Positions 28,638 through 39,711 are shown, counted from the stretch's first letter. The stretch is 64,000 nucleotides of DNA from an uncultured Poribacteria bacterium (GCA_951813565.1 OX638351.1:4640001-4704000); one strand, 5' to 3'. Numbers and translations: made by a program. Notes: generated from the sequence alone by a model not told the origin.

Positions 28638-30056
28638 ATGATCCGTATTTTCAAAAACACATCCACGTTGTTTAGCGCACATTTTATTAGCCGCCTGGGT
28701 TCACTCGTAATGATCTGGCTAATGCATCGTTTTTTTTCGGAGAATGCGTTAGGCGGCTATTTTTTTGCAATCGCCTTGACAAACCTTATTGCGAGTCTGA
28801 CAGAACTCGGTATACATAATCCGTTGATTCGGGAGATGACACTAAACCTGTCTCAAACGCGTCATTATCTCGGTAATACTCTCCTCATTCGACTCGTCTT
28901 ATCAGTTGTAGCGTACGCGCTCATGATTATCAGCGGTGTATTTCTGGGATACGCCTCAATAATCGTCACAATGATAATCTATTTGGGGTTAGCAGAGATT
29001 GTTAATTCTATTGCTCAACTCTATAGATGTGTTTTCCGTGCACATGAGGAGATAAAATATGAGGCGTTGACGGTGGTTGCGGAACGCGGTGTGTTTTGTC
29101 TTGTAGGTGGGAGCGCAATTTTGCTCGGATATGAACTTGTGAACGTATGTCAGGTGATGTTAATAGCAAGTTGTATTAACCTGATTTTGAGTATCGGATT
29201 TACTCGATACCGCTTCACGCCGCTCCACTTTGAACCGAGTCGTCAATTTATAGTGGTGCTGATGCAGCAAGCGCTTCCATTTGCTATTGGCAATCTGTTC
29301 CACCTCATCTATTTTCGGATTGATGCGATTATGCTTTCAAAACTAAGTCCGGATGGTTTAGATGCAAATACATGGTATGGTTTAGCGTATACGATTGTCA
29401 ACGCCTTTACAACGTTACCTGGTGCATTTATGATGGGAGCATTGTTTCCAGTGCTATCTCGCGCGTATGAAAGGGAGCGGGACAGGTTACCTGGTGCATA
29501 CACATTCGGTGTGCGGTGGATGGTAATATGTGGCGTTCCATTAGCTGTTGGGCTTGCAACGCTTTCCCACCAAATTGCTGCCGTGTTATTCTCTGCCTAT
29601 ACGCCAGATGCTGTAGCGAAGATCGCAACAGCATTGCTTTGGTTAAGCGGCTCAGGCGGATTGATTTTCTTGACAACCGTTGCCTTGACAATGCTGCGTG
29701 CTGCGGATAAACGTCGCGCGTTTTCGGTTATTATGGGAACAACGGCACTTTTGAATATTGGTTTGAACCTTGTGCTAATTCCGCGTTTTAGCCATGTCGG
29801 TGCAGCGATTGCGATGGTTATTAGTGAGGTTTATCTGCTTGTCGTTGGATTTGGTTATATTTCAAAACGGATTGCTAAACTTACTGAAACGGGTTTTATT
29901 TTTAAAGCTGTTGTTCTTTCTGCTGTGATGGGAATAGGTTTAGCATTGCTAAAGGATATTCTATCCATTTGGATTCTGATTCCGTTGGCGATGGTATTTT
30001 ATAGTGGTGGGATTTTTGTTTTAGGGGAATTTCGGACGAAATTTGAGTTTGGTTAA
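28638..30056 (+). CDS. Wzx-like polysaccharide flippase
   Basis: RIFKNT start, many TM helices, IYFRIDAIML, LNLVLIPRF..GAAIA; start moved to ATG 28638. Confidence 0.85.
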   Translation: MIRIFKNTSTLFSAHFISRLGSLVMIWLMHRFFSENALGGYFFAIALTNLIASLTELGIHNPLIREMTLNLSQTRHYLGNTLLIRLVLSVVAYALMIISGVFLGYASIIVTMIIYLGLAEIVNSIAQLYRCVFRAHEEIKYEALTVVAERGVFCLVGGSAILLGYELVNVCQVMLIASCINLILSIGFTRYRFTPLHFEPSRQFIVVLMQQALPFAIGNLFHLIYFRIDAIMLSKLSPDGLDANTWYGLAYTIVNAFTTLPGAFMMGALFPVLSRAYERERDRLPGAYTFGVRWMVICGVPLAVGLATLSHQIAAVLFSAYTPDAVAKIATALLWLSGSGGLIFLTTVALTMLRAADKRRAFSVIMGTTALLNIGLNLVLIPRFSHVGAAIAMVISEVYLLVVGFGYISKRIAKLTETGFIFKAVVLSAVMGIGLALLKDILSIWILIPLAMVFYSGGIFVLGEFRTKFEFG

Positions 30057-30089
30057 ATCCCGGGAATTTGCCATTCCACAGGAAAACAC

Positions 30090-30118
30090 TTGATATATTC
30101 AGAAAAAGGTGCTAAAAT
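30090..30118 (+). promoter_or_regulatory. Sigma70-type promoter
   Basis: TTGATA-17 bp-TAAAAT with extended TG. Confidence 0.55.
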
Positions 30119-30156
30119 AACTGTCAATTATACCGATTTAGACTAAGGAGCTTTTC

Positions 30157-30747
30157 ATGAGTGTAGCATACACATCTGCAATCGCTGAAGTCATAAAAAA
30201 ATTAGAAGCAGGCAATCCACTTCCACCGCTTGTTCCAGAGAAAGAGTGGAGCAGCGAACTTACAGATGAACTCGCAGCCTTGTCACTTGAAGACCTTTTC
30301 CAAGGACAATCACTGAAAGACGACATTTTCGGTGGTGCTATTAAAAGCGGTTTACTACTGTGGAACGATGCGTTGGACGATTCCCACGACGTATCACAAG
30401 AACTGGGGAACAACACTGGCAGTTATTGGCACGGTATCATGCATCGCCGTGAGCCGGATTATAGTAATGCCAAGTACTGGTTCGGTAGAGTCGGCACGCA
30501 CCCGATTTTTCCTGAACTTCGGGAACGTGCTATCGCCCTTTTTAAAGAAACATCAAATCCATCGAATGCACTTGCACAGATCGGACAAACAATTGAAGCG
30601 CAAGAGCATTGGGATGCATACCAGTTTATTGATTGGTGTCAGGCTGCAGAAAACGATCTGGATTCAGATGTTGCCCGATTCTTGCAACAGGTACAGGCAG
30701 AAGAGATCAAACTGTTACTTGCATATTCCTATCGGAACGCCATTTAA
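30157..30747 (+). CDS. Conserved hypothetical protein
   Basis: AAGGAG SD; SH..SQ...YWHGIMHRREPDYSNAKYWF motif. Confidence 0.8.
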   Translation: MSVAYTSAIAEVIKKLEAGNPLPPLVPEKEWSSELTDELAALSLEDLFQGQSLKDDIFGGAIKSGLLLWNDALDDSHDVSQELGNNTGSYWHGIMHRREPDYSNAKYWFGRVGTHPIFPELRERAIALFKETSNPSNALAQIGQTIEAQEHWDAYQFIDWCQAAENDLDSDVARFLQQVQAEEIKLLLAYSYRNAI

Positions 30748-30789
30748 GATGAATTATTCGGTTATCGTAGAAATCTAAGGAGATAGAAG

Positions 30790-31788
30790 ATGTTATCACG
30801 TAATAAGATTACAGAGATGGGCGGTTGGTGTTACCTCCTTACTATCCTTACAAGCATATTACTATTAGTTTCTTGTGTGCCTACTACTCTTAATTCGACA
30901 GGTTCGGCACCAGTTCGAGTGAGCGATGGATACGCTGAGATTAAAGAAATTGAGGAAAAACTTTCAATAACCAGCGAACCGGTTACTGCGGAGATGTTAA
31001 TCGAGAAATCAAGGACTTTTATCAAAGCACACCCGAAATATAAACAGGTGGGTGAGGTCTACCATATCCTCGGAACTACTTTGGTTCAGTTTGATCGGAC
31101 TGAAGAAGGAATTGAGGTTTTAGAAGAGTTTATTAGGTACTACCCGCTTGCTACTTCCGTTGAACCGAGTTTGTTAACATTGGGATTGGCTTACGACAAA
31201 GCCAACATGCATGACAAAGCAGATGTAGTCTATGAAAAATTGGTAAATACGTCAAAGTACAGTAGCGGAGAGTCCGCCAAAACCGCACGGCAATTGTTGC
31301 AAATGGATAAATCTGAGAGAAAAGGTGCGCTTGAAGGATTACCTGATGGATCCGGCAGAACTAATTTTGTTGGTCAAGCGGCATTAGATTTTCAGGTAAC
31401 AGACCTGAATGGTGAACCGTTATCGTTAGAAAAATTTAAAGGGCAAGTTGTGCTTCTTGATTTCTGGGCAACGTGGTGTCCACCTTGCATCGCGGAGATG
31501 CCGAACGTGAAGCGAACCTATGAAAAGTATAAAAATCAGAATTTTCAGATTATCGGTATCAGTTTAGATAACGGGAAAGCACCACTTAAGGATTATATTG
31601 AAAAAGAAGGAATTATGTGGCCACAATATTACGACAACAGCAGCCAGATTTCCGATATGTACCAGGTCCAATCCATTCCGTCAACTTTTCTGATTGATGG
31701 TGACGGGATTATCCGTAAAACGAATCTCCGCGGAAATGCCCTTGAGGTTGCTGTTGGTCAACTTGTGCAGGAAAATATGGCGCAGTAG
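30790..31788 (+). CDS. TPR plus TlpA-type redoxin lipoprotein
   Basis: LVSC lipobox; TPR-like helices; DFWATWCPPC. Confidence 0.85.
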   Translation: MLSRNKITEMGGWCYLLTILTSILLLVSCVPTTLNSTGSAPVRVSDGYAEIKEIEEKLSITSEPVTAEMLIEKSRTFIKAHPKYKQVGEVYHILGTTLVQFDRTEEGIEVLEEFIRYYPLATSVEPSLLTLGLAYDKANMHDKADVVYEKLVNTSKYSSGESAKTARQLLQMDKSERKGALEGLPDGSGRTNFVGQAALDFQVTDLNGEPLSLEKFKGQVVLLDFWATWCPPCIAEMPNVKRTYEKYKNQNFQIIGISLDNGKAPLKDYIEKEGIMWPQYYDNSSQISDMYQVQSIPSTFLIDGDGIIRKTNLRGNALEVAVGQLVQENMAQ

Positions 31789-31870
31789 ACGACTGAATGG
31801 GGCTGACACAGTGCCCTGTCCTACAATCAAAAGAACGTTCATGGTTTTCACAAATCTGAGGAGGTATACA

Positions 31871-34192
31871 ATGTTTATCCGAAATCAAACAACACTAATT
31901 GAAAAAAAATACACAAGGTTCTCGGTTCGTAGTTTTAGCATCTTCGCAATTATTGTGCTACTCGGTTTTTGTGTTAACCTTGCCAGTGTTGATTCTGCGG
32001 AAACAAGCACAACTGTTAGTACAAAGGAAATAAGAGACAAATATGATGAAATTAAGACGATTGCTAAGAAACTTACTAATCAAAGTGTGCCAGAAGAATT
32101 GGAGAAATTAGTTGAAAAGTCAACGGATTTTATTGCAGCGTTTCCAGAATACAAACGTATAGATGAGGTCTACTACCGTCTTGGCAACGCCTTAGTTCGG
32201 TTGGGCCGTGTTGAAGAAGGTATTAAAGTTTCTGAAGAATTTATCAAGAAACATCCAGATGCGCGTTGGGTCGCACCGATTTTGTTAGAATTGGGTATGG
32301 CTTACGACAAGCTCGGTAAACATTATAAAGCAGATGAAACGTATAAAAAGCTGGTAGACCACCCAAAGTATGGTGACCGATCGTATGCCCAACAGGCCAA
32401 AAAGATCCTTGAACAAGATAAAGCCTCGCGAACGGGCGAATTACCCAAACCTCCTGGGGCAAGTTCTATACCTATAAGTGAATTGGTCGGTAAATCAGCA
32501 CCGGATTTTCAGGTGAAAGATTTGAAAGGTGAAGAACTCTCGTTGAAAAAATACCGAGGACAAGTTGTACTTGTTGACTTCTGGGCAACATGGTGCGGGC
32601 CGTGTCTTGTAGAGTTACCTAACGTTAAGAGAACTTATGAAAAATACAAGGATCAGAATTTTCAGATTATCGGTATTAGTTTAGATAGGTCAAAACAACC
32701 ACTTGAGACGTTTATTGAAAGAGAAGGGCTTGCCTGGGACCACTATTGGGATCAAAGCCAAAAGATAACGACTCAATATGGGGTGCGAGGAATTCCATCA
32801 ACCTTTTTGCTTGACGGTGCGGGCGTTATTCGTAAGACAAATCTCCGTGGGCATTCGCTTGAGGCTGCTGTTGGTGAATTGGTGAAAGAAAATCTCGCTA
32901 AACCTGCTGATACTTCCACGAAAACACCCGCATCCAAGTCAATTCCCGCAACAGAGATCCTTAAAAGGGATATAACTTCCCGACAAGTAGAACCGATTGA
33001 GTCAATCAGATCAGGAATAAATGAGTGGGTTGGCAAACCCGCTCCAGATTTTGAGGTGATGGATTTGCAGGGTGAAGCACTCTCGTTGGAGAAATACCGT
33101 GGGCAGGTTGTGCTTCTTGACTTCTGGGCAACATGGTGTGGTCCCTGTCTCGCCGAGATGCCTAAAGTTAAGAAGACTTATGACAAGTACAAAGATCAAA
33201 AGTTTCAGATTATTGGGATTAGCTCGGACAGATCAAAGCCACCACTTGAAGCTTATGTTGAGAAAGAGGGACTCGATTGGATTCACATTTGGGATGAAAA
33301 TCGTAAATTGAGAAATCTATACGGGATAATAGGAATCCCGACAGCCTTTTTGATTGACGGTGAAGGTGTTATCCGAAAAGCGAGTCTCGGTGGTTTTGAT
33401 GTTGAAACTGCTGTTGCTGAATTGGTTAAGGAAAATCTTGCGAAACCTGCTAATCCAGCTCAACCTGAAAAAACACCCTCCGATTTTCCTACAGATAACC
33501 AAACGGTAGATCCTAAAGCGAAAGCAATTATTGCTGCTGCTGTTGCTGCCCACGGTGGGCTTGAGAAACTGCAAGCCGTGAAAAACATTGTGATTGAATC
33601 CGATAGTTTTGAACACTTTCCAGATGATTCCGTGCAGGATGAGGGACGGAGTAAATCCTACTTTTATACTAACAAACTCCGTAGCGATTGGCACATGGAC
33701 GACAGCGTAGATAGTATAATCTACGATGGAAACACTTTGTATCAGTTGGAAAATGGAGAGAACAAACCTATTCCACCAGAGGCGGCTAAGTCTTTTATTG
33801 ACTTCCTCAAAGATAGCCTTTTCCGAGAACCGATCTGGCTTCTGATAAACCTCTCACAAAACGAGATTCCCGTTCAATATATGGGAACGGCGAAGGTGAA
33901 AGATGTTCCTACATCTGTTCTTCTTGTTACGCAGCCTTCTGGGAGTGATCTCAAAATTTTCATTAGTGATGAAACACACTATGTGGTGCAGTTCAATTAT
34001 AGTCTTGAGATAGGAGGAGTAACAAAAAACATGGAGACGGTATTTGAAAATTATCGTGATGTAGACGGCATTAAAATCGCGTATCATCGCACCACAAAAA
34101 ACGGAGAATATCGACAAATTGCTATCACCGACATTAAGTTAAATGCTGAAATTGACGAAGCGCTGTTCAGTCCTAAAGAATCGAATGAATAG
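31871..34192 (+). CDS. Exported TPR protein with two TlpA redoxin domains and a LolA-like C-terminal domain
   Basis: DFWATWCGPC twice; AAHGGLEKL...YRDVDGIKI tail; start moved to ATG 31871 after GAGGAGG. Confidence 0.8.
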   Translation: MFIRNQTTLIEKKYTRFSVRSFSIFAIIVLLGFCVNLASVDSAETSTTVSTKEIRDKYDEIKTIAKKLTNQSVPEELEKLVEKSTDFIAAFPEYKRIDEVYYRLGNALVRLGRVEEGIKVSEEFIKKHPDARWVAPILLELGMAYDKLGKHYKADETYKKLVDHPKYGDRSYAQQAKKILEQDKASRTGELPKPPGASSIPISELVGKSAPDFQVKDLKGEELSLKKYRGQVVLVDFWATWCGPCLVELPNVKRTYEKYKDQNFQIIGISLDRSKQPLETFIEREGLAWDHYWDQSQKITTQYGVRGIPSTFLLDGAGVIRKTNLRGHSLEAAVGELVKENLAKPADTSTKTPASKSIPATEILKRDITSRQVEPIESIRSGINEWVGKPAPDFEVMDLQGEALSLEKYRGQVVLLDFWATWCGPCLAEMPKVKKTYDKYKDQKFQIIGISSDRSKPPLEAYVEKEGLDWIHIWDENRKLRNLYGIIGIPTAFLIDGEGVIRKASLGGFDVETAVAELVKENLAKPANPAQPEKTPSDFPTDNQTVDPKAKAIIAAAVAAHGGLEKLQAVKNIVIESDSFEHFPDDSVQDEGRSKSYFYTNKLRSDWHMDDSVDSIIYDGNTLYQLENGENKPIPPEAAKSFIDFLKDSLFREPIWLLINLSQNEIPVQYMGTAKVKDVPTSVLLVTQPSGSDLKIFISDETHYVVQFNYSLEIGGVTKNMETVFENYRDVDGIKIAYHRTTKNGEYRQIAITDIKLNAEIDEALFSPKESNE

Positions 34193-34276
34193 CCTCCAAT
34201 TTTTGTAATCCCGATTTTCTTAAAGCGGGATCAGAAATCAGCAGGCGAAAACGACATCTGACCAGCAGAGGAAAAT

Positions 34277-34753
34277 ATGGTTCGCATCAGTTTAATTGCA
34301 ACGCTAATTATCTGTGTGAGTATTTCCATTAGCATCCCTACAGCATACGGGCAAGACGCAGATTTTATGGGTGGTGGCGCGACGATCCGAGGTGAAGTTA
34401 TTGAAGCAACTCCTGAACAAAAGCCAATTGCGGGTGTCACTGTAACAATTGTTAACAGCTTCACAGGTGAGACATATACTGTAACAACGGGTAAGGGTGG
34501 TGCTTACGAAAAGACGGGACTGCCTGCCGGCCGTTATACAATTGCTGTTCATAAGGAGGGTTATGGGGATCGAGTTGGCAAATCGAAGGTCGTTGGAGCA
34601 GGGGGCGAAATCTTTGACCGAATCAAGATGAGAAAAAAAGATAATATTATCACTTTTTTTCAGAAACACTTTTTCACTTGGCAATCCTTGATTATCTTTG
34701 CCATTATTTTTTTTGTTGTTTTAATCCTAAGTTCCCTTCGATCGCGCGGTTGA
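34277..34753 (+). CDS. Carboxypeptidase regulatory-like domain membrane protein
   Basis: Signal peptide; PIAGVTVTI..GLPAGRYTIAV; C-terminal TM helix. Confidence 0.75.
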   Translation: MVRISLIATLIICVSISISIPTAYGQDADFMGGGATIRGEVIEATPEQKPIAGVTVTIVNSFTGETYTVTTGKGGAYEKTGLPAGRYTIAVHKEGYGDRVGKSKVVGAGGEIFDRIKMRKKDNIITFFQKHFFTWQSLIIFAIIFFVVLILSSLRSRG

Positions 34754-34762
34754 GGAGATCCA

Positions 34763-35854
34763 ATGGCGCATGTCACTTTGAAAGATGTTACCAAAATTTA
34801 TGACGGTGATGTCCTTGCAGTTGAAAAGGCAGATTTCCAAATCCCTAATGAGTCGTTTACTGTGCTTGTTGGACCTTCAGGATGCGGTAAATCAACAATC
34901 TTACGGATGATTGCCGGACTGGAGGAGGTTACTGAAGGTGACATCTATATTGACGACGAGCGCGTTAACGACACTCCGCCAAAGGATAGAGATATTGCGA
35001 TGGTGTTCCAAAACTATGCACTATACCCACACATGACGGTGTATAAGAACATGGCGTTCGGATTGAAACTTCGCAAGTATCCGAAAAGCGAGATTGACCA
35101 ACGCGTCAACAAAGCTGCAGATATCCTCAGTATTTCCCATCTGTTGAACCGCAAGCCGAAACATCTTTCCGGTGGCGAACGTCAACGCGTTGCAGTCGGC
35201 AGGGCGATCGTCCGACAACCGAAGGTATTCCTATTTGATGAGCCGCTAAGCAACCTTGATGCGAAGCTGCGCGTGCAAATGCGGATGGAAATCAGTCGCC
35301 TACACGACCGACTCAACGCGACTATTGTTTATGTCACGCACGATCAGGTTGAAGCGATGACGATGGGGGATCAAATAGTTGTTCTCAATCAGGGTAAAAT
35401 CCAGCAGATTGCTGATCCGGGGACACTCTATCATAAGCCTGCAAATCAATTTGTCGGGGGTTTCATCGGCACGCCACCGATGAACTTTATTGAGACACAC
35501 ATTGTGAACAACGGCGATTCACCAAAACTAAGGTTTGAAGGCTTTGAAGTGGAACTAAATTCTCATCTGCAGTCAACTCTCAGCAAACTTTCGGGGAACT
35601 CGGTTACGCTCGGCATCCGACCAGAGAATATTCATATCGGTGAAAATGAGAAAAATCAGGTTTTGACGCAGGTGGAACTGGTTGAACCGCTCGGAAACCA
35701 TGCGCTCCTCTATCTGCGGACAGAAAAGAGCAGTTTTGTTGCGCAATCTAATCTTGTCGATTTACCACAACATAACACACCTTTGAAGGTCAGTTTTGAT
35801 ATTGACAAAGCGCATCTGTTCCATCCAGAGACAGGAGAATTGTTGACAACATAA
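34763..35854 (+). CDS. Sugar ABC transporter ATP-binding protein (MalK/UgpC type)
   Basis: GPSGCGKS, VFQNYALYPH, LSGGERQRVA, DEPLSNLDAKLR. Confidence 0.95.
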   Translation: MAHVTLKDVTKIYDGDVLAVEKADFQIPNESFTVLVGPSGCGKSTILRMIAGLEEVTEGDIYIDDERVNDTPPKDRDIAMVFQNYALYPHMTVYKNMAFGLKLRKYPKSEIDQRVNKAADILSISHLLNRKPKHLSGGERQRVAVGRAIVRQPKVFLFDEPLSNLDAKLRVQMRMEISRLHDRLNATIVYVTHDQVEAMTMGDQIVVLNQGKIQQIADPGTLYHKPANQFVGGFIGTPPMNFIETHIVNNGDSPKLRFEGFEVELNSHLQSTLSKLSGNSVTLGIRPENIHIGENEKNQVLTQVELVEPLGNHALLYLRTEKSSFVAQSNLVDLPQHNTPLKVSFDIDKAHLFHPETGELLTT

Positions 35855-35924
35855 TTTCAGTATTGTCCTCTTCAAAATCGGCCTTACAAGGTTTCCCTCC
35901 TACAAGACTTTTTCGCAACAAAAC

Positions 35925-36950
35925 TTATAAAAGTGCTTGAATCTGCTGCCATGTCTTCACGTCTATCGGAATACCCTCTCGTTCTCGTTTGCGTTGTTCC
36001 TCCCAACCACGTTCCCCTGGCATCCAAATTGTATCAACCCCAGCAGCGCGTTTCGCAGACTTAAGATAACCGATAAACCGTTCTATTTCAGCACTGAATC
36101 CGGGAAATTCTCTAAAACTTGCAACATTAATCACAAACACAAACAATCCGTTACCCACGCGAGCATCTTCACTATGACTGCAACCCGCACTTGTCAGCGC
36201 GCCTGAAAGAATATCTACAATCACGCTAAGTCCAAAACCTTTGTGTGCGGATACCATCCCACCAAAAGGCAGTAAGGCAGCAGGCGGATCCCCATAGAAA
36301 TCATCGGCATCAGTAGTTGGATCCCCTTCCGCGTTGATGACCCAACCTTCAGGAAGTGCATCATTGCGATGCTGTTTAACGCGAATCTTTCCCGATGCGA
36401 CAACACTGGTAGACATATCCAATACAATCGGGTTTTGTCCTTCAATTGGCACTGCACATGCAATCGGATTGGTAGAGAGTCGTCCTTCAATACCGCCGTG
36501 CGGTGCAACACAAGTGCCACCCCCGTGGTCGTTTGCCATGAGCAATCCAATCATCTCAGCATCTGCAGCGAGGCACGCATATCCACCTAACCTACCCACC
36601 TCATTGCACCTTGATACAGCAACAGAACTAATATCTGTCTGTTTCGCCTTCTGAATTGCCAACGCAACTGCACGCGTGGCAATAACGGGACCGAAGCCCC
36701 AATTGCCGTCTAACACAGCGATAGATGCTGATTCGTGCAGTGTTTCTATTGACGCACCGGGCTGGATTAGTCCTGCTTCCAATTCTTGCACATATTTTGG
36801 GAGGTGTATCACACCGTGTGAATCGTGTCCAACACGATTGGCACCTACCATAGAACGGGTTACGATCTCTGCTTCATCTGCTGAGATATTCAATTTTTGA
36901 AAGACATTTAGGCAGATATCGGTGAGTTTTTCTGCGGTGAGATTCGGCAT
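35925..36950 (-). CDS. Ldh_2 family (malate/L-lactate/ureidoglycolate-type) dehydrogenase
   Basis: GHDSHG, STNPI, LDMSTS, HKGFGL. Confidence 0.9.
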   Translation of the reverse strand: MPNLTAEKLTDICLNVFQKLNISADEAEIVTRSMVGANRVGHDSHGVIHLPKYVQELEAGLIQPGASIETLHESASIAVLDGNWGFGPVIATRAVALAIQKAKQTDISSVAVSRCNEVGRLGGYACLAADAEMIGLLMANDHGGGTCVAPHGGIEGRLSTNPIACAVPIEGQNPIVLDMSTSVVASGKIRVKQHRNDALPEGWVINAEGDPTTDADDFYGDPPAALLPFGGMVSAHKGFGLSVIVDILSGALTSAGCSHSEDARVGNGLFVFVINVASFREFPGFSAEIERFIGYLKSAKRAAGVDTIWMPGERGWEEQRKREREGIPIDVKTWQQIQALL

Positions 36951-36990
36951 TATGGGAGTCCTGTGTGTCTTGTCAAAAGAATTTCATTAT

Positions 36991-38847
36991 TTAATCAAAA
37001 TTTTGTGCGACAATGGTGAGGTCTAATATGTTGACAACGCCATCTTTATTGACATCTACCTTCGGGTTATTGGGTTTCTCTACTCCAAAATTTTGCGCGA
37101 CGAGTGTAAGATCAAGGATGTTGACGACACCATCACTGTTAACGTCTCCAAACCGCCAGTTTTGTCGTTCCCGTGCGAGTTCAAATAACTTAAAAGTTTC
37201 AGGTCGGTATTGTTCTTGCAAATCCTTTGCGGTAATAATCCGAATGGTGAGCAAAATATCCCACACATCGTATTCAGGGAAATATTTTTGATATTCCTCA
37301 GCGCGAAGATCCGGATTGGGTATAGCACGTCCGCAGAGTTTTGTATAGGGCGAAAACAGAAAAGAGCTAATCGGATGCGATTGCTCCGTTGGTGGAATGC
37401 GCGAGATATACGCATAACTTTCGTGTAGAAAGGTGATATCATTAATTTCTTCTCCACCCAGAGCGATGCCCGGTATTGCCTCTCTGAGCTCTTGATGTAG
37501 CAAGATATTACCTTCTGCCATCGTCAAGCCGTCAATAAGTCCATTGTTATCGTTTTCAATTTTATAACTAATATCAAGATCAAAGCCATCCACTTGGTAT
37601 CTATCCCATACGTTTCTTACTTTGTCAACGAACATCTGTCTATATGCACGTGAAGCGGGATTAATAAAAGCATGTCGGTATGGGTCTGTTGGGTCGTCCC
37701 ATGCCCATCCTCTTTTTTTACCTGTATTCGGATCACGTATTTGATATTTCTCAAACGCCGCATAAAGCGGATGATACTCTGAAACGCCGAGCATACTTAT
37801 ATGTGCCGTTACCTTGAATCCGTAGCGATGTGCCTCCTTGACGAAATCAGCGAACTCCGGTTTCACCGCATCGGGACCATGATTCGGCAAATCCCCGTCG
37901 TGTCCACCATGTCTCCATTGGTGTATATGTATCAACGTTTGCTCAGGATCCACGAGTCGACTGAGGGGTGCTAAAATGTCAACGTCTACATTCGAGTGAA
38001 TTATCATCAATTCAATATCGTTGACCCATGCGGGCATCTCGGTTCGATCAACAGGTTGGAGTGCCTCATGCATCCATTGTTGATACGCAAGTGCGGGCAC
38101 TTGCCAGTCGCCTTGATAGGCGTTCAATCGCCATGTGGCAGTTGTGATCTCTTTCGCCTGCTCAAAAGGTGCGAACGGCACTTCCCAAAAGTTAAGAAAA
38201 AAACTCTCGCCTTCGGGACGACATTCAAGCGATTTGAACCGATATTGTGTATCGTCGCTACGGATAAAACAACCACCGTGGTGTCCTTGAAGAATAACAA
38301 GGGGTGTTTGCCATTTTACCGGGTAGTGGTATCTATCAGATTGCGTAAGGATGAGACCACCTAAGACAGGCGCGATGACATCTACGGATGCCTCAGAGAG
38401 ATTCGAGAACCCCCACATAATTCGTTCAATACCACCCATGTTTGAGAACCCTGTTTGCCGAATGAGCAGATCCCCGGTTTCCGCATCTATCCCGATAAAC
38501 AGGTGAAGCATCACCTCATTATTACGTGGAGCACGCCAGTTGTCCTGATAGATGAGTTGGCATTCGAGCGGTGAGTGTCTTTTTATTTTCTCTGGTACAA
38601 GGTTTTCTGTTCTTAAGCCTCTACCCCACGCTTTCATCTCTGTGTTTCCCTGGAGATCGCCTTGCGTATAAGTCTCCTGTGTGAGTTTGTTATGGAAATG
38701 CGTCAGCACACCATTTTCAAAGCGTGCCAAATAACGATCTGTCTCCGCGAGGACATTGCCCACTTCATCAACCGTCAGTGTATTGGGGTAGACAGAGAGA
38801 AGTAAAACAAGTTGCAATATAACGATAGAAGCTATTAATTTTTTCAT
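36991..38847 (-). CDS. Secreted glycoside-hydrolase-like (DUF6259-like) protein with dockerin, paralog A
   Basis: Signal peptide; TIM-barrel-like core with DGFDLD; C-terminal DVNxDGVVNILDL twice. Confidence 0.7.
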   Translation of the reverse strand: MKKLIASIVILQLVLLLSVYPNTLTVDEVGNVLAETDRYLARFENGVLTHFHNKLTQETYTQGDLQGNTEMKAWGRGLRTENLVPEKIKRHSPLECQLIYQDNWRAPRNNEVMLHLFIGIDAETGDLLIRQTGFSNMGGIERIMWGFSNLSEASVDVIAPVLGGLILTQSDRYHYPVKWQTPLVILQGHHGGCFIRSDDTQYRFKSLECRPEGESFFLNFWEVPFAPFEQAKEITTATWRLNAYQGDWQVPALAYQQWMHEALQPVDRTEMPAWVNDIELMIIHSNVDVDILAPLSRLVDPEQTLIHIHQWRHGGHDGDLPNHGPDAVKPEFADFVKEAHRYGFKVTAHISMLGVSEYHPLYAAFEKYQIRDPNTGKKRGWAWDDPTDPYRHAFINPASRAYRQMFVDKVRNVWDRYQVDGFDLDISYKIENDNNGLIDGLTMAEGNILLHQELREAIPGIALGGEEINDITFLHESYAYISRIPPTEQSHPISSFLFSPYTKLCGRAIPNPDLRAEEYQKYFPEYDVWDILLTIRIITAKDLQEQYRPETFKLFELARERQNWRFGDVNSDGVVNILDLTLVAQNFGVEKPNNPKVDVNKDGVVNILDLTIVAQNFD

Positions 38848-38858
38848 TACAATCTCCT

Positions 38859-39008
38859 TTAAATTAACCTGTTTAAAGTAGTCGGCATAATAGTGAGCGA
38901 AAATAAAGTGACCGTGTGTCCATAGCCTGCCTGCGCGAGTGAATCGGCGAGCATTGATTTGCCAGCAGCTTTAGACCCGTTGAGCAAAATAAAATTATGG
39001 GTTCGCAT
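38859..39008 (-). pseudogene. Truncated P-loop kinase-like ORF (49 aa)
   Basis: MRTHNFILLNGSKAAGKSMLADSLA...; Walker A right after a beta strand; overlaps the upstream gene by 14 nt; too short for a full domain. Confidence 0.55.
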
Positions 39009-39690
39009 ACTGTTCTCTGAGTTTTTTGAAACCGGGCATCATGCTATAATCAGCAGATTGCCAGACAGGATAATTGCCAGTCCCGACATCAAACCCCGCA
39101 AATTCGGAGATACCAACAACAACATTCTCAATGTTATCAAAATCCTCGTAGAAGATGAAATGACATTTGTGTTCATATCCACTATAGAGCGAGGGAAAGA
39201 ACCTATAAAACACGTTCGCTCGAAGGAAGTAATACGCAAACTTATCGTCATCTATTTGATAATCTTTGAGGATGTTCTCCCTGTATTTTGTCCAAACTTT
39301 ATGAGGGTTTTTCTGTTTGACTCCTCGGTCAAAGACTTGAGAACCGAACCAGTCCGTCAGGGCATGCATGAACCGGTCTTTACGACCTAACACCACGATT
39401 TTAGGGGACTGATGGATGAGGTAGTCAGAAAATGCTAACCACTGAACGAGATTTGGATCCTCAGTACTAAAGTTGTGATACCGTAAAAACTGAATTGATA
39501 AGTCTCCTATACCGTTATTTTTCCTATAAAGATTCGGATCAACAGGGTTGGTAGAACCTCCATCTTTGAGATAGTTGAGAAAAGTCACCCCTGTCAATGA
39601 AGCACACTTAATACTGTCTTGTAGGAAGTGCGACCCTGACCTTTTTTGTGCGATAATAAGTAGTTTGGGTATCTCGATTTGATAGTCCAT
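38995..39690 (-). CDS. Sulfotransferase-like protein
   Basis: IIAQKRSGSHFL (5'-PSB-like loop), IVVLGRKD, IFYED. Confidence 0.6.
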   Translation of the reverse strand: MDYQIEIPKLLIIAQKRSGSHFLQDSIKCASLTGVTFLNYLKDGGSTNPVDPNLYRKNNGIGDLSIQFLRYHNFSTEDPNLVQWLAFSDYLIHQSPKIVVLGRKDRFMHALTDWFGSQVFDRGVKQKNPHKVWTKYRENILKDYQIDDDKFAYYFLRANVFYRFFPSLYSGYEHKCHFIFYEDFDNIENVVVGISEFAGFDVGTGNYPVWQSADYSMMPGFKKLREQYANP

Positions 39691-39711
39691 TTTATTCCTT
39701 TTTTATGATCA

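Noticed and set aside
31694..31870. N-terminal extension of the 832-aa ORF
   Set aside because: Overlaps the previous gene; a strong GAGGAGG precedes ATG 31871
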